A DNA stretch of 63,954 nt, filler included, from Octopus bimaculoides (GCF_001194135.2; 6 parts of 6 records of this genome joined end to end with filler, not necessarily neighbours in it); one strand, 5' to 3'. Shown: positions 47,593 to 59,871, numbered from the whole stretch's first letter. The notes: generated from the sequence alone by a model not told the origin. Numbers and translations are program-made.

Positions 47593-50488
47593 TATACTGC
47601 AAAACAGAAAAGATATAATCTTAAGCCATACCCTTTCTCTCTATCACCAATACGAACGCATCAGCATGAAAATATTTATTACATGACAGTCACTCACTCT
47701 TCCGCCATTCATAAGATATCCAATTTATGTGATTTTATGTCATTATTTCCTTTAATTAGTTTGGATTTCTGTTCTATTTGTTATTTGGTTTCATAAAAAA
47801 CATTATGGGAATTATAAGCGTAACACAAGCGTGATAAAATATTGAAAAGATAATGCGATGAAAGGACTCGTTATAGTGATTATACTGAGTTTGATAGCTA
47901 TGTTGTTAAAGCAGGTTATAAAAGGAAGATATTACACTACGAAGTTATTCCTACAGATCCACTTATTTACGAATGTTTAAACCTCAGTTAATACTTTGGA
48001 AAGCAAACATGACGAACAAAGAAGAAAGCATACAAATATAATGAAAAAAAAGATCATTCAATCCTTAATGAAATTCACCAGGAAAATACATTGATTACTA
48101 ACATAATACTGTCGTAAATACTACAAAAATTTAACACAGCAATCAAAAAGGAAAGGTTTTATCTGAAATGAAAGAAGACCTGAAGCAAACGCTGTTCGTT
48201 AAATCGCAAAGAATCCGTGTTTCTGACAAGCGACAATTCCTTCAACAATAACTTTTATTCCTTTTTCAGGTAATTTTCATCCATTTCTAATTTAAAATAA
48301 AATAGAAATAAATGCAGCGCCCACAGCAGAGATATATAACTACTAGAAATATATATATATGACTTGTCATGCAGCCAGCATCCTCAAATCGCAAGCACAG
48401 CACGTAAATTAGTGTAAGTGTTTTTATCAGTTTTTGTAAAAGCTAAAACAGTTTTAGTCCAACTTTTAGAAATATTTCTATTATTATTATCAATTATCTT
48501 TTACTCGTTTCAGCCATTGACCTGCGGCCTAGCTGGGGCATGGTGTCGATGCTTTAGTAGAACAAAACGACTCAAATATTTAACGTTTTCGATTGTTGTA
48601 GCCATTCTAACGGTCCTTTTAGCCAAGTCGCCAAGGTGCGTGGACGTAAACAAAGTAACAGCGGTTGTCAAACGAGGAGAAAGTTAGTTTATATGTTTTC
48701 ATTCATGTGACGTAACTACACCATTAGATCATTTTAGCTCTTATTTATAGCAATGTAGGTGTTTTTTTTTTAATACCCTCATCACATTAAGTGACAATTA
48801 TAATTCTCTTTGGTGAAAAGTTGCAACCATACATACATACATACATACATATACTTCCGCACAGTTCTTGTCAAGTAAGTTCACTCACAAAATATTTTTC
48901 GCCCCAGTGCCATAGAAGAAGTCACTTGGTCACGCTACTCCACAGTTACTGAAGCCGACACCACGTGGTCGCAAAGTGATCTTAATCACACAGCCATGCA
49001 TGCGCCAGAAGTATCACATTTGGATATAACCGATTAACAATGGAGGAAAATATAATTGTAAAGATATTACATTCAAAATCTATAATCGAGAATGCTATAC
49101 GCCATAATCATATTCATTCGGAAAAGAGATCGTTGATTTCTGGAATTGAATCATTATAAAATACGTGAACAACTTGAAAATATCATTATGTTATAAATTT
49201 CTGGCTGAAATATTTGTCATACAAGCAAAATTATTTAATGACAGGATGAAATATCCAGAAACAAAAACTGAAGCTACATCATACACAATTTTAAGGAAAA
49301 TAAGCAAAAATATAATTTACAGAGATATAAGGTTGTCTTCGGTGTACGAAAGTGTACGAAGACTTAAAGGAAATAATAACCAAAGGAATCTATAGCTAAA
49401 GGAAAAATAAACTTTCTCTGAGAAGAAAAATAGGAATGCTGTGAAGTCCAATATGGGGATAAAGATCACTTCCTGGTCTATAAAAACTGATTGAATATCT
49501 AGAAGCTGAAGGATTTAATGCATTCAGCACCAGTGATAGTAACGAATGAAACCTATTATTTTTTCGCCAACCCAACAAAAATGAGCAAGAAATAATGTAA
49601 GGAAACTTGAAAATAAATAAAATATCCTTACATTGAGGATAGGAAAAGGAGTGGACAGTTTAAAAAAAGTAGGAGAAATCGTATAACTAAGAATTATATA
49701 TTTGTATATAAAGTGAGTGTACGAATTCACAACGAATCTATAAAGTGGAAATCATGTATATCCGCTCAAAATTTTACTACCCATCACTGCCGAAAGCAGT
49801 TTTATATACCAGTTTATCTTTTGTTGTAATAGATATTCCAGGTAGAATTAACATAATAACTTTGATTTAATATAAGACAGAGAAAAAGATAAAGAGAGGA
49901 GTCGGAAGATATTTTGTAAATTTATTTAAGTTTTGTTGATTATGTTATTAGTATTGAAGGTGAAACATTCCGTGTATGGAGGAGAACCATCTCCAGGCTT
50001 TGGACATGATAATCTACCCTGCATATTTCATCGATTTCCTCAAACAAATTTGTTAGATATAATAATACATAATCATAATGAATTCCTGTGCTCCCCGTGC
50101 TCAATAACGTTACTGCTTTAAGTGAAAATGAAACTATAAGTTAGCTGCTTTCATGAGACAAGATGAAATCGTGTGACAGATTAATGTAATCTCTTCTCAG
50201 ATTTGTGATTTCGTCCAAGTTCGCAGCCCCATTGACCTGTTGCGATTATATCACTTAACTATATACAGCGTATATGTTGATAAACAGAAAAGGATAATAG
50301 CATACAGGAGTTTATGATTTTTAAGTTTAAAAATGTTTTTCTCGACAGTATATTTTATTTATGTGTATAGATAGCCATGTCGGTAATGATGGCGGTGTGG
50401 TTACTTAAATTAGCGTTGAATTAATATTATGACTCAGTTCTTCTCTCCGTACCAGTGTAATCAAATCCAAGAAGCGATACAAACAAAG

Positions 50489-50959
50489 TTAACCTACAGC
50501 AGCTTTAGAACTCACACGAAAAGACACCTCTGAAACTAGTAACGAAACAGTTACTTTAACTTCTAATAATATAAAGCCACGCCAATTGATTGCAGGTGTA
50601 TAATGATGAATGAATCTCAAAATGGCCAATAAAATTAATGTGTTTTCAACGCAGGAAATTACAATTGATATAATCAGTAATCTTTGTAGAAATAATAAGT
50701 AGTTATTTTGTATAATTCCTGTTTTGAATCCGGATACAATAGTTTTCCCAAATGAAACCAAACGACGACATCTTATAAAGTGTAACAGCAAATTATGTTC
50801 CAACAAACATTGCATTCCAACAAATACACTAAACTCTATAAGAAAGGTTAGAAGTAGAACTATATTAAATTTATTGCAAGAATGCAATGTACATCGAAGT
50901 GAATTAGAAACATAGTCTTTCTTCTTTGTAAAATGGCCTCCAGTTAAATGAAATTCCAT
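50489..50959 (-). CDS. Unassigned 156-aa hydrophobic ORF (candidate exon or fossil)
   Basis: Long open frame in repeat-free AT-rich DNA. No recognisable family motif, and T-richness alone favours hydrophobic codons. Confidence 0.2.
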   Translation of the reverse strand: MEFHLTGGHFTKKKDYVSNSLRCTLHSCNKFNIVLLLTFLIEFSVFVGMQCLLEHNLLLHFIRCRRLVSFGKTIVSGFKTGIIQNNYLLFLQRLLIISIVISCVENTLILLAILRFIHHYTPAINWRGFILLEVKVTVSLLVSEVSFRVSSKAAVG

Positions 50960-53308
50960 ATCCGGTTTTTCTAATGTACATTAATGACAAAGGCGAAAAC
51001 AATAATGAGTCAACACACAAATGAACAGTGAAGTGATTCCCTTTTCCAAAAAGACATTAACACATAATAAGAAAACATGTTGAAGTAATTCCCATATATA
51101 CGTATGTTGACAGACGAAAGTAATCTTGTTATTGGATTTCCTTGTGTAATGGTTAGAAGTACAGAAACTGGAATTAACTAAATGGTCATAGCAGTATTGT
51201 CGGAGCTTAAATTATCGTAACAAATGATTGGTTCAATATTCCATAGCCTATCAGATTCCCATCAATCTACGACGCCTAATTATTTTGAGAAGAAATTTAT
51301 GTCTTCCTTCTGCTACGTATATTTTCCTCGTCTTCCTGTGTTTATTCTCCTCGTCTTCCTGTTTGTGAGTAGCCAACTCTCTAAAGAATACAATCACCTA
51401 TTCGTATTTCTGACTGACGTACACACACGCCAAAACGCTTTATCGTTTAATTAACTACCAACACAGACTTTATCAAATCACGTCCGGCCATTACATTATT
51501 GTGGTTATTTACTATACATACGCATACGGCACAAAACCCAACAAAATTCCGAATCCTTGGGCACTTCAAGAAAGCTAACATGTTCGATTTTTACTAGCTT
51601 ACCCTAAACTTTTTACCCTAAATATTTTTGTAATACTGCATTATTTCGAAGTTCCAGATAGGAAGTGTCTGCCTAGTTGATATGTGTCTGCCTAGTTGAT
51701 ATGTGTCCCCCTCTTTCAAAATTACCAAAGCAAATTAATGCCCCAAACCACTAAGCAACGCACCTTCTTAACAGAACAATAACCTGTATATATATATATA
51801 TATATATATATATNNNNNNNNNNNNNNNNNNNNNNNNNNNNNNNNNNNNNNNNNNNNTTAATTAATTAANNNNNNNNNNNNNNNNNNNNNNNNNNNNNNN
51901 NNNNNNNNNNNNNCAAATAAAATATATTACTCTCTATATTGCTCGGTTAACAAATATTGGTTTCAAAGTTTAGCACAAGGCCAGCAATTTAGGGAGAGCA
52001 GTCCTCAACTGGTGCTTATTTTATCGACCCCGAAAGGATGAAAAGCGAAGTCAATCTGGCGGAATTTGATATCAGAAGGTAAAGTCGGAAGAAACACCAC
52101 AACGCATTTAGTCCGGCGCAGTAACGATTCTTCCAGCTCCCTGACTTTAGGTTTGCAAATATTTCTGCAGCGCTGCATTAAGTAAATAAGCACATGCTTT
52201 GGGTATCAAAAGAAGAAGGTGAGTACCACAGAAATGGTAAATGGTTTACAGCACAAACGAAATCACTTTAAACTTGCTAAAATAATATTCAGGATGCTTT
52301 ATCTCTACTAAGCAGACGTGTTAAGTAAGATTCATTTTGAGGATCTAATCAAAAAACTTTGCAATTGAAAAAAAAAAAGAAGTTGTAGAAAACTTTTCAA
52401 ACATTGATAAGTTGGAAGTATAGAAAAATTAACATTATTTTCCATCTTACTGTTAGTTTTATTTCATTTTGAAGAATGAAAATTTATTTTATGGTTTATC
52501 ATTGTTTATATTTTGAACTACATATATATGGATGGCACCAAAATCTTTTAAATGCTTTGGGACTTGTATTTCTCTCTAAATAAATCAATATATATATACT
52601 GAGATGTTTCAAAATACCTCAACATTGAAGCTAGAACTATCTTGTAATAATATTTATTTTGTTAGGAAAGGTATTATATTAAAAAAATATGGAATAGGTT
52701 TAACGTTACATAAAGGTATCTTCTGCTGAATGTATTCCAAACTGGTGCGTTGGTGAATTTCGGACTGAGCAATGTGAAGCAACAGTAGTGCTTCTGACTC
52801 TTTATCAAAAGGCTGAATGCTCAAATTACTTCAGGGTTTTTAGGTGCAGGTTTGGCTGGATGGTTAAGAAGGTCGCTTCACGTCTACGTGGTTTGGACCA
52901 GGCCGTCCAATGTCTTGTGAGTGAATCTGGTAGATGGAAACTGCGTGAAATCTTGTCGTGTGTGTGCATATATGCATATTTATATGAGCGCGTTCGCAAT
53001 TCTTTGACTCCTCATGGCGTTGGTTTGTTTACGACTCCGTAACTTAGCTGTTCGGTAAAAGGTTTCGATAGAAAAATTGCCAGCCACCGTTAAACCGTTC
53101 AAGGTGATGCTCCAGTATGGCTACAGTCCAATGATTGAACCAAGAAAAGAATTGCTGTTCAGTTCGAACCCATGACAGCTTTGAAACAAATAGCAAATTC
53201 ATTACAAGAAAAGTTTAATGCAAACTGGAATTTTCTGTTGCATTCCAAATAGACAATTGGTTAACGAACAAAACATCTTGAAAATATTCAAATCGTCATA
53301 AACCGATT

Positions 53309-53651
53309 ATTACCTTCACCTTAGCGAAGGCGGAGGTATTGTTTTCAGTCGTATTTGTTTGTTTATTTGTCCGTGGATAAGATATCTCCAAGAACCGCTG
53401 AATGGATTTGAATGAAACTTTCAGGGATGTTTGGCCTCATGACTGGCACGAACTGATTAGATCTTGGGATCGATCGTTTTTTTTTTTTACTTAATTTTTG
53501 AGAGCGGTCGGGTTCATTTTTAGTATTCTCGTTTGTGAGAGCAGTCGAGTTTATTTCAGATATTCTCATTTTAAAAATCATCTCCAGCTAATCGTTGAGA
53601 GGACGTTGGTGTTGCTTTGTCAGAGGTTTGCACTCTCTGAGTGCTCTTGTT
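53309..53651 (+). mobile_element. Helentron-associated non-autonomous element (HINE/DINE-like)
   Basis: 5' hairpin ttaccttcaccttagcgaaggcggaggta; GTTT microsatellite; tggatttgaatgaaactttcagg core; 3' cagaggt plus stem-loop gcactc-tct-gagtgc (53630-53644) ending in tcttgtt before a T-run. Confidence 0.7.
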
Positions 53652-53817
53652 TTCTATTGAACTAGTCCAAAAAGAGAAGAAAAAAATGAAGTTAAATGAG
53701 TGAACTTTGAACTGGCCCGTTTTAATACTACACATTTTTGGTTGATACACACATACATACACACAAACACATACATACATACATACATACTTCTATACAT
53801 ACATGCATACATACATA

Positions 53818-54042
53818 CATATGTAACACACCGCCTAAATACCAATCTCGAGAAATTATGCTTCTCAAAACCAGAAAGGAGAAAGCTAATTCGAAGACTA
53901 CAGATCCAGTCCATTACTGGGACTGTAAAAATCTGGAAAACTTTCCAAAAGTTTATATTCTAAGTATATATAAGCTTGCGTAGATATGCAACTATATGCA
54001 TGAGAATACATACATAAAGTAAAACATACAAATCTGTACACC

Positions 54043-54073
<31 letters not shown>

Positions 54074-54200
54074 CATACATACATACATACATACCCTGTT
54101 GTTGATGTTTAAATTTCAATGAAGGGGCCTTGGATCTAGGTCAGAAACTGGTTCTTTCTCTAGTGGCAAGAAATCTTGAAATGAAAGTGAACAATCACAT
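53818..54200 (+). mobile_element. R4-like LINE lineage c, 5'-truncated 3' end in (ACAT)n
   Basis: VTHRLNTNLEKLCFSKPERRKLIRRLQIQSITGTVKIWKTFQKFIF*; aligns with 1378-1750. Confidence 0.75.
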
Positions 54201-54514
54201 ACATACATGAAAGAGCCTCTTGTTGGTTTTGGAGCAAGAGAGGGGAGTTAAGCTTGAAGCCAGGAGATGAGGAGCAATGGTCAAGCCACTTCTGCTGACC
54301 CACCAACGGGAGAGTGTTTCGATTTAAGGTTGAAACACCCGATGAACGTTGGATATCGTCCGATGACATCAGTTCCTCCTGGTCAAAGCTCCATTCACTT
54401 TGGTGAGTGGAAAAAGTACCTCATTCTAAGTGTTATTAACACGCGCACGCGCACACACACATACACGCAGAGAAAGAAAGAAAGAAAGAAAGGAAGAAAG
54501 AGAGAAAGAAAGAG

Positions 54515-54549
<35 letters not shown>

Positions 54550-55600
54550 AAAATAGGAAAAATATTAACTTCGATTGACCGCACATCACAAGGTTCAACA
54601 GAACCTATTGGAGTAAGCCAACATGCTCGCATCGTTACCACAGGCGATGGCGAGACTAAGGCTTTGGAACAGTCAAGTACCCTCACGGGCATCACCTGAC
54701 ACCTCGGTAAAGCGATCCACTGACGATGGCAAGAACTTTGTTGTTAGCGGCCCAGCCCCACCAAACATCTCAAACGTTGCAGGCTTGAAGAAATGGTTCA
54801 CCGACAAGTCTCGATACGTAAGGATTTTATTCTGTTTGGCTACAGAAGCAGTGACCCCGCTGCCACCATTTACCGCAGCATTCAGAATGTGAGAAGGGTC
54901 AAAAGAGTCCTAGATGAAGCACCTACCTCTTACCCAGGGAAAAGTGTAAGACCATCATTTCTGGATAATCCCGCCGGCTTCAGAACTAAAGGGATATTAG
55001 CCCAAGCCAGGGCTCGCTTAATGATCAGGTTCATTAGAAGTTCCTAGGTAATGAATTCATTCACCAAAGACGCAATTCCGCTACTTACTGAAGTGGCCCG
55101 ATGAAGAACCAGCGAGGTGCTTAAGTGAAGCACGGAGTCTATTCGGGCGGTAAAATGTAAGAGGACGAGTGCCTCATATTGAAAGGGCGTGTGGCCCATG
55201 AAAAGAAAAGTGTAAGAGGCAAGTGCCTCATTTGAAAGACATGATAAATTGAAATTGTAAAGTAAGAGGTTAATAGCCTCATATTTGTTAATTTATGTAT
55301 AAATTTATAAAAGAACACTGTTTTAGAGATGCAAAGTTCGGCGGGCGGCTTCTGTCTTCTCCCATTAATATCATCACGTTCATCATTCATCTCATGTCAT
55401 TAATGTCTTTGTCCAGCCCTCAGCTACTCCTCTGTGTACTGCCTTTATGGCAAATTGAATGAAATATAGTAGTTCATAGGTAAGCGGATTAAATGACTTC
55501 CATTTGAAGAGTATGTAACTATATGATAATAGAGTGTAGTCAGTGAGGAAATTTTGTATGTGATTATGCAGTTGAGGGAAACACCGACCGTGGAACATTT
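54195..55600 (+). mobile_element. Possible LTR-retrotransposon remnant (integrase C-terminus, PPT, LTR start)
   Basis: GC-richer block; LKPGDE..W..GRVFRFKVETPD is weakly like a gypsy integrase C-terminus; purine tract aaaagaaaag (55201-55210) precedes TGTAAG; TATAAAAG near 55307. No LTR end or second LTR identified. Confidence 0.25.
55156..55287 (+). repeat. Three imperfect ~28-30 bp hairpin-containing direct repeats with unique spacers
   Basis: tgtaagaggacgagtgcctcatattgaaag (55156), tgtaagaggcaagtgcctcatttgaaag (55211), agtaagaggttaatagcctcatatttg (55261). Confidence 0.85.
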
Positions 55601-56145
55601 ACTTCGACATGTGACAATCTCTCATTGGTTTTATTGTCGAATATTTACTTCGAGTATTTATTTATATAAACGTATTCACACAAGAAAGAAGCATTTAAGA
55701 TTTGCATTGAAAGCTAAAACAATATTTGGAAGTAAAAAAAAAAAAGGTATTTATAGGGAACTTGATGGGTTTCTTTCTTAATCTTTCAGTCAGGAGGGAA
55801 AGAAATTCCCATGAGCCTTTGCAGGGCCATTGAGATTTGTGAGCAGGAGGGAGGAAGCTATCTTCAAACCGGAGTGGACTCTGATAAGTGAATCCATGGA
55901 GCCTGGTGATGGTGTTAAACCGGGTGGAAGATGAAGTCTCCCACCTGTGATACAAATGTAAAATAGATATGAACAATGCAAGTATCGTTCAGAGCTGGGT
56001 TTGTTATTTCCGAGAATAGAATAGTCTATAGTCTCCTTTATGACGTCACACTTGCATTAAAAGTCTATAAAAGCGGCATAATTTCTTCCAGCGCTTACAT
56101 TTGCCGTGTTCCATTAACCTCTTCGAGACCTATTTTTCTACATAG

Positions 56146-56718
56146 TGGCTTAAAACCTCAGATAGAAAGATGACCAGTTTAAAAGGCTCTTCTCGTAGAT
56201 GTCCATACAGAGTATGCAAAGAAGAGAGAAAAGCAAAGAAAAGGAGTCAGAGATACCCCAAACTGAAATACTCTTCAAAGCATAATACGTGGAGCAATCG
56301 GGTATTAAGCAATAGTAACCGGCATCCAAAGTGTCTGAGTAGAAGTCAATCGGGAAATTCTTACAGGGCTCTTTTCAGAACGAAGAAAAGAGCCAAGGGT
56401 ATGAGAGACTCCAGGGGACATAATTGTACAAGAGTTCAAAGTACTTCGAATCGGAAGTTAAAGCAGAGAAAGCCGAAACGTAGGACAGTTCCCAAGCACT
56501 CAACTTCGTCGGAAGTTCAAGCGGTGACCTCTCAAGAAATTTCAGAACAGGCAAATAATGACAAAATGTTATTGTCGCATGTTTCAGAAAGCAGTTCTTC
56601 GAAAGGAACAGAAACAGATTGCAATGCTCAGGTGGATGAACCTGTATCGAATGCTTTGGATATGGACAGATATGATCAGACGATTACATCACAAAATACA
56701 CTTCTCGGTAGGGTTTAA
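56146..56718 (+). CDS. Unassigned 190-codon K/R/S-rich ORF, candidate terminal exon or retrocopy fragment
   Basis: The frame opens right after tatttttctacatag (AG at 56144-56145), ends at TAA 56716-56718 and is followed by attaaa/A17 (56730-56746). No family motif recognised. Confidence 0.3.
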   Translation, partial: WLKTSDRKMTSLKGSSRRCPYRVCKEERKAKKRSQRYPKLKYSSKHNTWSNRVLSNSNRHPKCLSRSQSGNSYRALFRTKKRAKGMRDSRGHNCTRVQSTSNRKLKQRKPKRRTVPKHSTSSEVQAVTSQEISEQANNDKMLLSHVSESSSSKGTETDCNAQVDEPVSNALDMDRYDQTITSQNTLLGRV

Positions 56719-57639
56719 TTATTTGTATTAAAAAAAAAAAAAAAAATTCTTTTGTCTTTATTCTCCACCGAGAACTTTACTTTCTTGTAAAACTATACAT
56801 GTACATGCATACTCAAGTTTTAAAATATTCAGTCACATGTCTACCTGTATACATCAGAATTTAAGCAATAAAAATTTTAGAACCTCAATGGGTGTTTTGT
56901 GTTGTAATATACATCGTTAGCAGATGCTAAATACCAAGTATTCAGCTTAATTAACCAGCCTTGGAAATATCACTTATTCATTTGTACTATTGACCGTAGA
57001 ATGGTAAATTTTGTGTTACCCTCCTCAAGAAGGAAAAGAAATGGCGTGTCAACAATGGAGGTTACTTTCAAGGTTCAGTCTATGGATTTGTGTGTGCCGC
57101 TCGGTGTAACCCTTGAATCTGCCGGGCTCCTCAAGCCAATTCAAGATCATACAGCAGACCCAAAAGATTCCCTCCCTGTAAAAGCGTCGCCCGGAGCAGA
57201 CCGCTCCCTCCCTATGACTGCGCTATTAGTTTGGCGTACGGTGTTCAGGCTGTTACAGGTTGGAAAACATTACAAAGGAATGACGGGTAATCTAGTCTAA
57301 GAGCGGACATGTTGGACGTGGCTATATCATCGATATATAAGGTATAAAACCGAATCCTGGAGCACACGGTGTCGCTAGCGAGGAATGGAAACTGTTCCGT
57401 CAATATATGCGATAATAGTGCAATCTGAAAGGAGGCAGTTTCGATAGGAAATTCGCATTTTATACATCGTAACCTTTGCTATTATCGAAGACATTACTTT
57501 CGCCAAATTTCAGCCAAAGAAAGAGTCCACTGATGGGTGACATAGGAACAGGGTGTCTATGCTCGTTCGCGACAATGTAGGCACCTAAAACTAGTAAGAC
57601 AAACTTGTTAAAATTCAATTGCTAGTGACGGTTAAGTTT

Positions 57640-58020
57640 TACACATACACAAGTGTACATACATTCAGAAACACACATACACAGGCGTACATACATTCAG
57701 AAAACACACATACACAGGCGTACATGTACATATATTCAGAAAACACACACATACACATGTGTACATGTACATATATTAATAAACACACACATACCCAAGT
57801 GTACATGTACATATATTAATAAACACACACATACCCAAGTGTACATGTACATATATTAATAAACACACACATACCCAAGTGTACATGTACATATATTCAT
57901 AAACACACACATACCCAAGTGCACATGTACATATATTCATAAACACACACATACCCAAGTGTACATGTACATATATTCATAAACACACACATACACAAGT
58001 GTACATGCATTCATAAACAC
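57640..58020. repeat. 40-bp minisatellite (about 9 units)
   Basis: Unit atacccaagtgtacatgtacatatattaataaacacacac; older, degenerate units at the left. Confidence 0.95.
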
Positions 58021-58602
58021 ATACACACAGCGTACACACACACGCACGCGCAAACATATATGCATGCGTGCACATTTAAACACATTACCACAAATTAAGA
58101 ATTAAGCACACACACACACAAACACACATACACACATAATCTATTGATGTTATCAAAATTTAGATACTAAACTGGCTTTTTTTTTTAGAATACTATATTT
58201 CTTTATAATGTTCTTTCTGGGTGCGTTTATCTTGAGATATTTTCTTAGTTTACTTTGAACTTAACACATTTTGGATTGTCTTGATAATGTTATGTTAGAA
58301 TACAGTATCCTTCGATTATCGCAGGTGTTACGTTAAAAATAAAAACAACAAAAAACCAAACCCGCGATAGGTGAAAATCCGCGAAGTAGAAACAGGACTA
58401 TTCTTTTACTCATTTACTTGTTTCAGTCATTTGACTGCGGCCATGATGGAGCAACGCCTTTAGTCGAGAAAACCGACCCCAGGACTTATTCTTTGGATGC
58501 CTAGTACTTATTCTATCGGTTTCTTTTTTGCCGAACCGCTACGTTACGGGGTCGTAGACACACCAGCATCGGTTGTCAAGCGATGTTGGGACACACAGAC
58601 AC

Positions 58603-58863
58603 ACAAGGGAAATAACTTACGTCTTACTCGTATCAGCCGTGCTACTATGAAATTTTTTTCCCCCCCTAAAACAGCATGCGACGGAAATTTTTCTTGTAAT
58701 TTTTTTTGAATAACGATTAGTTTAAAACAAAAATTACAAGAAAAAATTCCGTTGCATGCTGTTTTAGTGTGTGTGTGTGTGTGTGTGGGGGGAAACACAT
58801 TTCAGAGTAATACAGATGATACTAGTAAGACGTAAGTTATTTCCCTTGTATTTTTATTTACTT
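58603..58863. mobile_element. Fold-back (palindromic) MITE-like element, copy 1, left tip missing
   Basis: acaagggaaataacttacgtcttact / agtaagacgtaagttatttcccttgt, plus inner arms taaaacagcatg..aattttt / aaaaatt..catgctgtttta. Confidence 0.8.
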
Positions 58864-58891
58864 GTTTCTTACCTGCCTATTCTGGAAGATT

Positions 58892-59277
58892 GTGGAGGCG
58901 CAATGGCCCAGTGGTTAGGGCAGCGGACTCGCGGTCATAGGATCGCGGTTTCGATTCCCAGACCGGGCGTTGTGAGTGTTTATTGAGCGAAAACACCTAA
59001 AGCTTCACGAGGCTCCGGCAGGGGATAGTGGCGAACCCTGCTGTACTCTTTCACCACAACTTTCTCTTACTTCCTGTTTCTGTTGTACCTGTATTTCAAA
59101 GGGCCAGCCTTGTCATACTGTGTCACGCTGAATATCCCCGAGAACTACGTTAAGGGTACACGTGTCTGTGGAGTGCTCAACCACTTGCACTTTAATTTCA
59201 CGAGCAGGCTTTTCCGTTGATCGGATCAACTGGGACCTTCGACGTCGTAACGGAGTGCCAACAACAACAACAACAAT
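58892..59277 (+). mobile_element. SINE C, full length
   Basis: tRNA-like head TGGCCCAGTGGTTAGG...GGTTTCGATTCCC; (CAA)n tail. Confidence 0.9.
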
Positions 59278-59454
59278 ATCTATTAGAGATATTTTCTTAG
59301 TTTACTTTGAACTTAACACATTTTGGATTGTCTTGATAATGTTATGTTAACATATATTTTCGAATACAGTATCCTTCGATTATCGCAGGTGTTATGTCAA
59401 AAAAAAAAAAAATCCCGCGATAGGTGAAAATCCGTGAAGTAGAAACACGACTAC

Positions 59455-59809
59455 TCTTTTACTTGTTTCAGTCATTTGACTGCGGCCATGTTGGAGCACC
59501 GCCTTTACTCGAACAAATCGACCCCTGGACTTATTCTTTGTAAGCCTAGTACTCATTCTATCGGTCACTTTTGCCGAACCACTACGTTACGGGGTCGTAA
59601 ACACACAAGCATCGGTTGTCAAGCGATGTTGGGACACAGACACACATATATGATGGGATTCTTTGTTTTCGTCTACCAAATCTACTCACAAGGCTTTGGT
59701 CAGCCCGAGCCTAGAATAGAAGACACTTGGGCAAGGTGCCACGCAGTGGGACTGAACCCGGAACCATGTTGCTGGTAAGCAAGCTACTTACCACACAGCC
59801 ACTCCTGCG
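59455..59809 (-). mobile_element. SINE A nested in the Tigger-like MITE
   Basis: Full reverse copy. Confidence 0.9.
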
Positions 59810-59871
59810 AATTTGTATATATTTTATTATAAATGCAAAACACTACGGAGGAATCGGCGCAAGCTTAAAAT

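Noticed and set aside
51665-51706. 19-bp tandem duplication (also a 17-bp one near 22747)
   Set aside because: Ordinary slippage duplications with no further structure.
55156-55287. CRISPR array call
   Set aside because: Only three diverged repeats, 22-25 nt spacers, no cas genes and a eukaryotic repeat context; kept only as an unexplained repeat.
57001-57300. 99-aa plus-strand ORF
   Set aside because: No recognisable motif, and its length is within chance for locally GC-richer DNA; may be a repeat remnant.
58896-58970. tRNA gene
   Set aside because: A and B boxes are present, but it is the head of multi-copy SINE C, with no complete cloverleaf or terminator. The same applies to SINE A and B heads.
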